Source: an uncultured Verrucomicrobiae bacterium
GTDB taxonomy: Bacteria > Verrucomicrobiota > Verrucomicrobiia > Limisphaerales > Palsa-1400
Reading direction: 5' to 3'
Assembly (NCBI GenBank): GCA_963764165.1
Contig: CAVXRD010000002.1
Location: forward strand, 2,816,001-2,880,000
Length of the DNA stretch: 64,000 bases
Part shown: one piece after another, positions 1 to 7,991 of the stretch
Layout: each line of letters starts with the position of its first letter
Position numbering within the stretch: the stretch's first letter is position 1
Position numbers and translations under genes: made by a program
The notes under the pieces: generated by a model
Told to the model about the DNA's origin: nothing
Seen by the model: only the letters and a program-made list of their open reading frames with translations
Database searches by the model: none

Positions 1-116
1 AGATTGACGCAGATCAACACAGATAAGAATTAATCCGGGCGATAAATGACAGAAATGGACGGGTCGCGCATGATATATCATTTGCTCCCCCCCTTCGTTA
101 ACTTCGTTTCCTTCTG

Positions 117-1238
117 TTAAGACCCTTTGGGCAAATTTTCATTGTCGCTGCGAAGGTTAGCGCCAATGCCGGAGCCTCCCTGCCTTCCAAACACGCTCGT
201 GAGCACTTTCCGATGCGCGCCGGTGAAAGGAAGCGTTTTCAATTTCGCCTTCGTCGTCCACGAATGGCCCTCCATTGCGTAAGCGAATCCGGCGGGAAGT
301 TGGGCGCGGTACGCTTCCAGCAAAATTCGGTAGCGTGTAATGGAATGGCGAATGCGGAAAAACGGCGCGTCCTCCGCCAACTCAAACGGTGCAACCAGCG
401 GCGAAACGTCCTTGGCGTCGGCAGCCACTTCGAAACTCGGAAATTCCCACAAACCCGCATTCACCACTCCGGCCGGACGGCGCTGCACCAGGGTTCGTTC
501 GCCATCATGCACAACCAGTGCAACAAACCGCCGCTGTGTTATGGCGATACGCGCAGTCAGACTGGGAAAGTCCTCGACGCGATTTTTTGCGAACGCGAAG
601 CAATGCCCGCGCAGCGGACATTCCGCGCATCGCGGCTGGCGCGGGAGGCACACCAAGGCGCCCAATTCCATCATCGACTGATTCAAATGGGACGGATGCG
701 TGGATGCCTTGACCATCGCCTCCGCCGCGCTCCAGAATTTCGTATTAACGTCTTTGGCTTTCGGATCGCCTGTAATTCCGAACACGCGGCTCAAAACGCG
801 AATGACATTCCCATCGAGAATCGGCGTCGGTTGATCGAAGGCGATGCTGCAAATCGCGCCTGCCGTGTATCGCCCCACTCCTGGCAGCGCGAGCACGTCA
901 TCGAACGTCGATGGAAAACGGCCGCCATGCTGCGCCACGATCACCTTCGCCGCTGCCTGAGCCAGATGAACGCGCCGGTAATAACCCAGCCCCTCCCACA
1001 ATTTCAAAATGCGCTCCGGCCGCGCCCGCGCAAAATCCGCCACCGTCGGCAGCGCCCTCATCCACATCTCAAAATACGGAACGACCGTCTTGACCTGCGT
1101 CTGCTGCAGCATGATTTCGGACACATATATACTATATGGGTCTTTCGTTCTCCTCCAAGGCAAGTCTCTTGCCTGTTTTGAAAACCATTTCAAAAGGCTT
1201 CGGACGATATTAGGAATATTGTTCTGAGGCCGCGTCAT
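117..1238 (-). CDS. mutY: A/G-specific adenine DNA glycosylase MutY
   Basis: RDLPWR, VSEIMLQQTQV, WEGLGYY, HhH-GPD LPGVGRYTAGAI, 4Fe-4S motif CLPRQPRCAECPLRGHC, C-terminal NUDIX-like GLWEFP. Start placed at MTRPQ (1238) rather than 1274. Confidence 0.95.
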   Translation of the reverse strand: MTRPQNNIPNIVRSLLKWFSKQARDLPWRRTKDPYSIYVSEIMLQQTQVKTVVPYFEMWMRALPTVADFARARPERILKLWEGLGYYRRVHLAQAAAKVIVAQHGGRFPSTFDDVLALPGVGRYTAGAICSIAFDQPTPILDGNVIRVLSRVFGITGDPKAKDVNTKFWSAAEAMVKASTHPSHLNQSMMELGALVCLPRQPRCAECPLRGHCFAFAKNRVEDFPSLTARIAITQRRFVALVVHDGERTLVQRRPAGVVNAGLWEFPSFEVAADAKDVSPLVAPFELAEDAPFFRIRHSITRYRILLEAYRAQLPAGFAYAMEGHSWTTKAKLKTLPFTGAHRKVLTSVFGRQGGSGIGANLRSDNENLPKGS

Positions 1239-1245
1239 GTGCTGC

Positions 1246-1512
1246 TTACTGTTCCCCAAACTCAACCCATGCATTGTCTTCGATTACGAGTGGAATTTTC
1301 TCCTTTTGGCACCAGACTGTTAATTCTTCTCTAACCTGCTCCCACTTTCCTTTGGCCCAAGCTGGGGCACACGCCTGCCACTTGGGGGCGGTTGGAAAAT
1401 AGACCGTTAGCACGCCCATCGTCAATTCGATGGTAAATTGTTTGCCATCCATCGATCCAATCAACAGTTCTTTCCACCTCGGTTGGAATCTTATTTTGGA
1501 TTCGGTGTTCAT
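1246..1512 (-). CDS. hypothetical protein (88 aa)
   Basis: Trp-rich compact ORF (RWKELL...ELTMGVLTVYFPT...PAWAK..W) ending 8 bp before the mutY start; no function recognised. Confidence 0.7.
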   Translation of the reverse strand: MNTESKIRFQPRWKELLIGSMDGKQFTIELTMGVLTVYFPTAPKWQACAPAWAKGKWEQVREELTVWCQKEKIPLVIEDNAWVEFGEQ

Positions 1513-1767
1513 AAAGCTTTAGAATTGCATCTCATGAAGCATGATTTTGGATATCCGGACAGCGTAAGGATCACTCGTCCGCGGCCCGGGGGAGGTCGCG
1601 CGCATTTGCCGCGATCCTTTTCGGGTAGGGTGGGACTAATTCGTTAATTGTGCGCTTTTCCAAGAGGAGCAAGTTTTGTGTCCGGCGAGAGCCGGGTCAA
1701 TGCAGCAATCAAAACGGCTCTTTGGCTATACCAAGGAAAATGCCCCTCCCCAGCGCCCCTGCAAGAC

Positions 1768-2007
1768 TCAGTCCGCAGGCGGGCACGAACGGGCTGCCGG
1801 CCATCGCTTAAAGGATTCCGCGCTTTCGCCCGACACTTTGCCCGCGAGAATGTTCTCAACACCGATATCTTCGTCCAAGTCAATCGGGGACCCAGCCATC
1901 GGCACAGAAACCGTGCGGCCATCGGCCAAATCCACGATAAGGCAGTCTTCAGTCAATCGAACTGCAGTTGCTCGGCTGGCGGCGCTATCAATCACCAAAG
2001 GAGTCAT
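1768..2007 (-). pseudogene. DUF2442-family protein with internal deletion
   Basis: LIVDLADGRTVSVP is joined almost directly to DLDEDIGVENILAG; the central segment usual in DUF2442 (WFPRL...GIHWP) is missing. Confidence 0.65.
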
Positions 2008-2107
2008 GCCATTTTTGCAACAGTATCACCTGATGCTCTGAAATCAATTTGAAGACGCTATTCTTTCAAGAGAAGCGACTGATTTATTTCTGCCGCGTGC
2101 AAGTCCC

Positions 2108-2322
2108 CATCCCGGAAGGGATGTCAGCTTGCAGCCGGTGGTTGAGCGCAAGCGATACCACCGGAACCAAACACCAATATCCTCCTGCTCCCTGAAAGGG
2201 TGCCAGATCAGTTAAGACAAACGGCTGGCACGCCCAGCCGGGGTGCCGGATAATTTTATCTCCGAATCCGGTGGTGCCGCTCCGCTCAACCACCGGCTGC
2301 AAGCTTGGATGCCTCTGGCATC
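2108..2322. repeat. ~215-bp palindromic REP/MITE-like element (family A, intact copy)
   Basis: 23-bp perfect inverted repeat AGCTTGCAGCCGGTGGTTGAGCG (2126-2148 / 2283-2305), terminal CATC..GATG hairpins; homologous to 52119-53645. Confidence 0.85.
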
Positions 2323-2343
2323 GGGTGCCGAAGCCGCTAAAAT

Positions 2344-3351
2344 TTAGACGCGTTTGCCACGGCTGTTCTGGCCTTTTGGAACCAGCGGAAACAACCCCGG
2401 ACAGCAACCTATCACTTCGTGAAACGCGCAGCTGAAATGGCTCAGGCTCGAATAGCCCACTTCCATCGCCACTTCAGTCACGTTCATGCGGCCTTCGCGC
2501 AGTAATGCAGCCGCCCGCTCCATTCGCAAATCGCGCAGCGTGACGGAGATGGTTTTGCCAACTTCACGCGTGAAAATGCGGCTGAGATAAAAATGGCTGC
2601 AACCGACGCGGCGCCCCAATTCCTCAAGGTCAGGCGGTTCAGCGAGATTTTCATTAAGGATCGCCAGGACGCGCTGGACCCGGTCGCGGTTCAACTGGTG
2701 CTGGCGCTGGCAGAATAGCTCCTTCTCTCCCGTTGGCTGGTAGAGAAATGCCGCTGCCGCCTCCAGGGCCTTGGCGCGAAACCACAAGCGTTGCGCGTTT
2801 TTGAAAACGGGGGGGTTTTGGAAGCTCATCACCCATTGCTGCTGATCGTGCGTCAGGCGGACGGGTTCGGAAACCATGGCCGACTCGTGCTTGAGCCCAG
2901 CGAGAAATCCGCTCACCCGCGGATGCAGCCCGTTTTCGCTCGGTTCTAATTCGCGCTGGAGAAACGGGAGCGACATCTCGACGGTGATGAATTGGTGGCG
3001 CTGCCCGGCGTCCCGCGAGGCGGCCAGCGTGGAGCCGTTTTGCGCGTAGAATCCGGCGGTGGCTGTCCCGAGTTCCAAGCTGTCTCGGCCAGATCGGACG
3101 CTCGCCGCCCCGGACAAGTTGAGGCAGATTTCGACGCTGCCGGGGTGGAACGCCTTGGCCCAATCAAGCGGGCGCTCGGCGGAAAAGTCATGCCACTCCA
3201 CGCTGTAGCCGGATTCGCGAAAACCGCCGTGCAGCTTGCGCCAGCCGCCGCCAAATGGCTTCCAGACATCCGTCTCCGTGAAGGAACCCGCGCGCGAACC
3301 CGGCAGATTTCCGGCCGCACGCTCCTCGCTATTTTTCACCGCAACTTCCAT
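2344..3351 (-). CDS. AraC-family transcriptional regulator
   Basis: C-terminal PPDLEELGRRVGCSHFYLSRIF...NVTEVAMEVGYSSLSHFSCAF double HTH. Confidence 0.92.
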   Translation of the reverse strand: MEVAVKNSEERAAGNLPGSRAGSFTETDVWKPFGGGWRKLHGGFRESGYSVEWHDFSAERPLDWAKAFHPGSVEICLNLSGAASVRSGRDSLELGTATAGFYAQNGSTLAASRDAGQRHQFITVEMSLPFLQRELEPSENGLHPRVSGFLAGLKHESAMVSEPVRLTHDQQQWVMSFQNPPVFKNAQRLWFRAKALEAAAAFLYQPTGEKELFCQRQHQLNRDRVQRVLAILNENLAEPPDLEELGRRVGCSHFYLSRIFTREVGKTISVTLRDLRMERAAALLREGRMNVTEVAMEVGYSSLSHFSCAFHEVIGCCPGLFPLVPKGQNSRGKRV

Positions 3352-3626
3352 CAGCCTCGGACATTACGGGATTTGAGACTGATTCTCAACTGTTAAACCT
3401 CACCCAGCCCGGGGGCTGCGGGAAATTAAACAGAAACGAAAATCGAGAGCGCAGAGGAAATGCATCAAGAATTTCGAACATGAGCCAGACCGAGGCGTGG
3501 AGAACTGCTCCGACGATCTTGGCTTTCTTGGTTACCTTTGTTCCTGTGGCGAGGCGTCGCTTCCGATGCAAGGAGTTCGAGTCAATTGAAGCTTGTCCGA
3601 GGGAAAAACGATGGTAAATTGCGATT

Positions 3627-4661
3627 GTGAGCAACGAAGGCACAGGAGGAAGCAAACCACTTAAGCTGGTCGTGTGCGGTCGTTGCAAAGCCTCCAACTT
3701 CATTTCGCGCGATCTTCCCCAGTTTGGCACGGAGCCGTGCAAAAAATGCGGCCATCCTGTGATGCTCCCGGTGATGATGAATAATTTCGAGCTTCGCACA
3801 GTCGTGGCGTCCGGGGGCATGGGAACCGTTTACACCGCCTTCGACACCCGCCTGAGCCGCGAAGTGGCCATCAAAATGCTGAAGCGCGAGATGGCCGAAG
3901 ATCCGAAAGTCATGGCCGGATTCTATGCCGAGGCGCGCGCCACCGCTTCGCTGAATCACACGAACATCATCCACATTTACAGCTTTAATGAGTTCGAAGG
4001 CCGGCCTTACCTCGTGATGGAACTGGCCAATCACGGCAGCCTCGACGGCCGGATTGAACAGGAAACGCGCGTGCCGGAGCGGGACGTTCTGGATGTCGGG
4101 TATAAAATTTCGTCCGCTCTCTCGACGGCCTTGAAGCACAATCTCCTGCACCGCGACATCAAGCCTGGAAATATACTTTACAACGCGGACGCGGAGCCAA
4201 AATTGATCGATTTCGGGCTCGTGCGGGCGGCGGAAGTGGACGATTCCTACGAGGAGCACATTTGGGGAACCATTTATTACGTCGCCCCGGAAAAAGTGCA
4301 GCGTCGCGGCGAGACGTTCCAGTCGGACATGTACAGCCTTGGAGGAACCCTCTATCACGCGTTAACCGGCCATGCGCCTTTCGAAAAAGTGCGGGGCGAA
4401 GAAACTTCCGTCGACGACATTGTGATGGCCCACGTGCATACCCCGCTGCCGCCTCCCAACGAGCTTGTTCCCGAGATTACCGAGATGACAAGCAACGCCA
4501 TCATGCGCGCCATGGCCAAAGAGCCGGCAGAGCGTTTCGAGAGCTACGACGAAATGCAGCTTGCGCTGGAAATTGCCCGCACTTATGTGCTTAGGCAGCA
4601 ATCCCAGCAAACCGATGAATCAACCCAGGCTGCGTCAACGCGTCGGTGGTGGAAGCGCTGA
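3627..4661 (+). CDS. Hanks-type Ser/Thr protein kinase with N-terminal Zn-ribbon-like motif
   Basis: SGGMGTVY, VAIK, HRDIKPGN, DFG, YVAPE, SDMYSLG; N-terminal CGRC...CKKC; no TM segment. Confidence 0.93.
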   Translation: MSNEGTGGSKPLKLVVCGRCKASNFISRDLPQFGTEPCKKCGHPVMLPVMMNNFELRTVVASGGMGTVYTAFDTRLSREVAIKMLKREMAEDPKVMAGFYAEARATASLNHTNIIHIYSFNEFEGRPYLVMELANHGSLDGRIEQETRVPERDVLDVGYKISSALSTALKHNLLHRDIKPGNILYNADAEPKLIDFGLVRAAEVDDSYEEHIWGTIYYVAPEKVQRRGETFQSDMYSLGGTLYHALTGHAPFEKVRGEETSVDDIVMAHVHTPLPPPNELVPEITEMTSNAIMRAMAKEPAERFESYDEMQLALEIARTYVLRQQSQQTDESTQAASTRRWWKR

Positions 4662-4818
4662 TTTGGCGATAGCTCTATCGGGCCGGGACTGGTTTCGGCT
4701 TTTTGTGGGTTTATTCCCAAAACCTCCAAATCCAATGTGGGTTCGACAGAGACTCGCCCTTCCGGGCCTCTTTCGTTGCGAAGAATACGCAAAAATAGAC
4801 GCTTTGAAATAATTTCCC

Positions 4819-4859
4819 TTGACAGTCACACCTAACTGTCATACTGTCATGTGACAGTA
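4819..4859 (+). promoter_or_regulatory. sigma70-like promoter with palindromic operator for the GntR/YtrA operon
   Basis: TTGACA (4819-4824), 17-bp spacer, TACTGT (4842-4847); perfect palindrome TACTGTCA-TG-TGACAGTA (4842-4859) plus two more half-sites at 4820 and 4835. Confidence 0.75.
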
Positions 4860-4864
4860 AACGC

Positions 4865-5386
4865 ATGATTTTCCGCATCGATTTCAAGTCTGGCACGCCG
4901 GTTTATTTGCAACTGGTGGATCAGGTGCGTTATGCCGCCGCCTCGGGTGTGCTCAGGGCGGGGGATCCGCTGCCGTCGATTCGCCCGCTGGCGGAGGAAT
5001 TGCGGGTGAACCGGAATACGGTCGCCAAGGCTTACACGGAATTGGAAAGCCGCGGGATTATTGAGACGATTGCCGGCAAAGGATGTTTCCTCAAAGGCAG
5101 CGATAGTCCGTTGAGCAAGCAAGTCCGCCATAACGTGCTGGTGGCCAAAATCGACGAAGCCATCGTGACCGCGCACCAAATGCAGATCGAACCGCAGGCG
5201 CTGCGCGAGTTGCTGGCCGAGCGGCTCGGATTTTTCTCCGCAAAAATGTCTAAAAGCGCCCCAAGCGCGAGCCCGACTCCGACCACGCCCGAACCCAAGG
5301 AAAATGTATGGAAACCGAATACCCCGTCATCGACATCGCCAATCTCCACCGTAGTTTCGGAAAAATGGACGCCGTCCATGGACTGA
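4865..5386 (+). CDS. GntR-family (YtrA subfamily) transcriptional regulator
   Basis: PVYLQL..., LPSIRPLAEELRVNRNTVAKAYTELE...GKGCF wHTH; first gene of an ABC operon. Confidence 0.92.
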   Translation: MIFRIDFKSGTPVYLQLVDQVRYAAASGVLRAGDPLPSIRPLAEELRVNRNTVAKAYTELESRGIIETIAGKGCFLKGSDSPLSKQVRHNVLVAKIDEAIVTAHQMQIEPQALRELLAERLGFFSAKMSKSAPSASPTPTTPEPKENVWKPNTPSSTSPISTVVSEKWTPSMD

Positions 5387-6222
5387 ACTTGCGCGTTATG
5401 CCTGGTCGCTGTTACGGATTTTTCGGTCGCAACGGGGCTGGAAAAACGACCACCATCAAGTGCCTTCTGAATTTGCTCCGCCCGACGCAAGGCACCGTGC
5501 GCGTGGTCGGACTGGATCCCCGGAAAAACGAAGTCGAGGTGAAAAGCCGGGTCGCGTATGTTCCGGATGTGGTGGCGTTTTATCCGTGGATGACAGTGCG
5601 CGACGCGCTCAATTATCAGGCCTCCTTCCGCAAACATTGGAACGGAAAAATCGCCGACGACTTGCAGCGCCGTTTCGAACTGAACTCGACCCACAAGACC
5701 GCCAATTTATCCAAGGGCCAGAAAACGCAACTCGCGTTGATCAGCGCAATTGCCGCCGAGCCGGAATTGCTGATTCTGGACGAGCCGACGTCTGGCCTTG
5801 ATCCAATTGTGCGCCGCGAATTCATCGAGACGGTAATTGGCGCGTATCAATCCGGCGATCCGCAGCGGCGAACGGTGTTTGTCTCGACGCATTTGATTTC
5901 CGAATTCGAGGGCTTGATCGACGAGTTCACGATTATCGCGCAAGGCCGCGATTTGATCACGATGGCCGCCGACGACGCGCGTCATCGCTTCTGCAAAATT
6001 CAGGCGCGCTTCGCTGCGCCGCCATTGCAGCCGCTGGATTTGCCCGGCGCTATTGGCCTGCGACAGACGGGCCGCGAAGTGCAACTCATCGGCAATGGCA
6101 ACCGCGCGGACTTAATGGAACGCATTAAGGCACTTCATCCCGAGGAACTCAAATGCGAGTCGCTTTCGCTGGAGGAAATTTTTGTGGCATCGAAATCGTT
6201 GCCGCAGGAGGTGGCCGCATGA
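5308..6222 (+). CDS. ABC transporter ATP-binding protein
   Basis: Walker A GRNGAGKTT, signature LSKGQ, Walker B LLILDEPTSGLD, STH switch. Confidence 0.95.
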   Translation: METEYPVIDIANLHRSFGKMDAVHGLNLRVMPGRCYGFFGRNGAGKTTTIKCLLNLLRPTQGTVRVVGLDPRKNEVEVKSRVAYVPDVVAFYPWMTVRDALNYQASFRKHWNGKIADDLQRRFELNSTHKTANLSKGQKTQLALISAIAAEPELLILDEPTSGLDPIVRREFIETVIGAYQSGDPQRRTVFVSTHLISEFEGLIDEFTIIAQGRDLITMAADDARHRFCKIQARFAAPPLQPLDLPGAIGLRQTGREVQLIGNGNRADLMERIKALHPEELKCESLSLEEIFVASKSLPQEVAA

Positions 6223-7673
6223 ATCCGATTTTCCGCAACGAGTTTAGAATGATACTGCCAGCATGGGTGGCCGGGATGATTGCGGCCACAGTGCCCGTTT
6301 GGATTTTTGGAATCAATTTTTTCAACAATTGGAATTACAGATTTAGCGAAGACAATGCCGTATTCAATTTCTCCCTGATTGTGCTTGGGATCGCTGCGGT
6401 GCTTGTATCGGTGTCGTCGTTTGGGACGGAGTTGAATTGCGGCACGTTTGCCTCGCTGTTAAGCCAGCCGCGGGCTCGATGGGAGATTTGGCAGACAAAG
6501 ATCATCGTCCTTCTGGCGGCTCTCGTGTCGATGGCTCTCGCAAATTACCTGTCAGGATGGGGTTGGATTTCCGCCGTGAGATCTGCGCAAACAATCACGA
6601 ATGACTGGAGAATGAGTTTTGTTGACCACCTCTGGAGATCGCACGAGGCGCTGCTCGCGCCGATGATGGCAATGGCGTTCGCAAGCGGGTTATGTACGAC
6701 GATTTGGCTGCGCCAAACGACATCTGCGCTGTGGGTCGCGCTGGCCGTGCCATTCATCTTGTGCGAGATTTCGGACGCGCTGGTTTCATTGAAGACCGGG
6801 CCGTATGCGCAGTACGAAGTCGTGCTCGCCCTGGGTTTGACAGCGTTGGTTTACACGCCAGCGGCTTATTTTGCCGGCCGCTGGATGTTCATGCGGGCGG
6901 AGGTCAAACAATCCCAGTTGCAAGCGGAACCGCTTAGCCTTTCGGTGCTTCCTTCGCTGCCAAGCCGGGTGTCGTGCTGGCGCGCGCTGTTCATCAAGGA
7001 AATACGGCTGCAACAGGGCGTGATCATCATTGCGGTCGGAGTCCTGGTGTTGCACTTGTTCGCCATCGCCTTGCCGATGTACCTGCCGCATTCCAGCTAC
7101 ACCATCCGGAATGTGTCCGAGGCTGCGTGGGTAATCTGGCTTCTGCTTCCAATCCTGGTCGGCGGAATTGCCATTGCCGAAGAGCGCCGGAGCGGCACTC
7201 TTGGTGAGGCGCTGTGCCTTCCTGTGCAATGGAAAATGGCATTCGCGGTGAAGTTTATTGTCGTATTTGGCCTTGGGATTTTTTTCGGCGCCGTTATGCC
7301 AAGCCTGGTGGAAGGAGTCCGGCCTGGCGGGGGCAATTTTCTGCACGGCAAAGATTATCCGTGGGAGCTCGGAACGGGAGTTTTGGTGCTCACAGGAATG
7401 GGGTTCTACGCATCGAGCCTCGCCAATTCGGTATTGCACGCATTAGGCTGCGGCGTTCTTGCGGGATTCACCATTCTGCCATTTGTGGCGTGGGTTCTGG
7501 TTCGGGACGATTTGTTTATTCCCACCGGGCTATTCGCCTGCTTCATGTTCATGGCGTATCGGAATAGCAAACAAACGCGAGCCACCAGAACGTTTTACTT
7601 GTTCAATATGCTGCAGGCGACTTCCGCAGTGGCATTGGCCGGCGTCATAGGGTGGTGCTTTAGCGAGTTCTGA
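6219..7673 (+). CDS. ABC-2-type transporter permease (two tandem permease-like halves)
   Basis: ATGA overlap and GGAGGT SD; many TM segments; repeated pairs IFRNEFR/LFIKEIR and FGTELNCGTFASLLSQP/IAEERRSGTLGEALCLP. Confidence 0.8.
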   Translation: MNPIFRNEFRMILPAWVAGMIAATVPVWIFGINFFNNWNYRFSEDNAVFNFSLIVLGIAAVLVSVSSFGTELNCGTFASLLSQPRARWEIWQTKIIVLLAALVSMALANYLSGWGWISAVRSAQTITNDWRMSFVDHLWRSHEALLAPMMAMAFASGLCTTIWLRQTTSALWVALAVPFILCEISDALVSLKTGPYAQYEVVLALGLTALVYTPAAYFAGRWMFMRAEVKQSQLQAEPLSLSVLPSLPSRVSCWRALFIKEIRLQQGVIIIAVGVLVLHLFAIALPMYLPHSSYTIRNVSEAAWVIWLLLPILVGGIAIAEERRSGTLGEALCLPVQWKMAFAVKFIVVFGLGIFFGAVMPSLVEGVRPGGGNFLHGKDYPWELGTGVLVLTGMGFYASSLANSVLHALGCGVLAGFTILPFVAWVLVRDDLFIPTGLFACFMFMAYRNSKQTRATRTFYLFNMLQATSAVALAGVIGWCFSEF

Positions 7674-7882
7674 ACTGGCGGGGTCGCCATGCGATTTTGC
7701 GAAATGGATTACTTGACAACAACAATTCAGTTGAGAGGGACGTTTGCTCATACTTTTTGCGCGATGACTTCGTCGTTCGCGGCTTGCATGACCGTGGAAG
7801 GAACGTGCAAGCGGCTCCTCGCATGGCGCGAAAATCTGCTTCGCAAGCGCTCCCTTTCAACTGAATTGTTTCGCCTTTGACC

Positions 7883-7982
7883 GAGCGCGGCTGTGTCGAA
7901 GACCAGCCGCAGCGCGTCCTAATTCGTTGGCGCGTCTTTTCAATAGACCCTGCTGCGGCTGGTCTTCGACACAGCCGCGCTC
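7883..7982. repeat. REP-like inverted doublet (family B)
   Basis: 31-bp perfect inverted repeat GAGCGCGGCTGTGTCGAAGACCAGCCGCAGC (7883-7913 / 7952-7982) between convergent genes; second copy at 63408-63588. Confidence 0.9.
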
Positions 7983-7991
7983 CGTTTGCGC

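Noticed and set aside
5308..5386. 79-bp GntR/ABC overlap as a programmed frameshift
   Set aside because: Both genes are complete, the ABC gene has its own SD-like AAGGA and ATG, and no slippery site is evident; likely a low-complexity tail.
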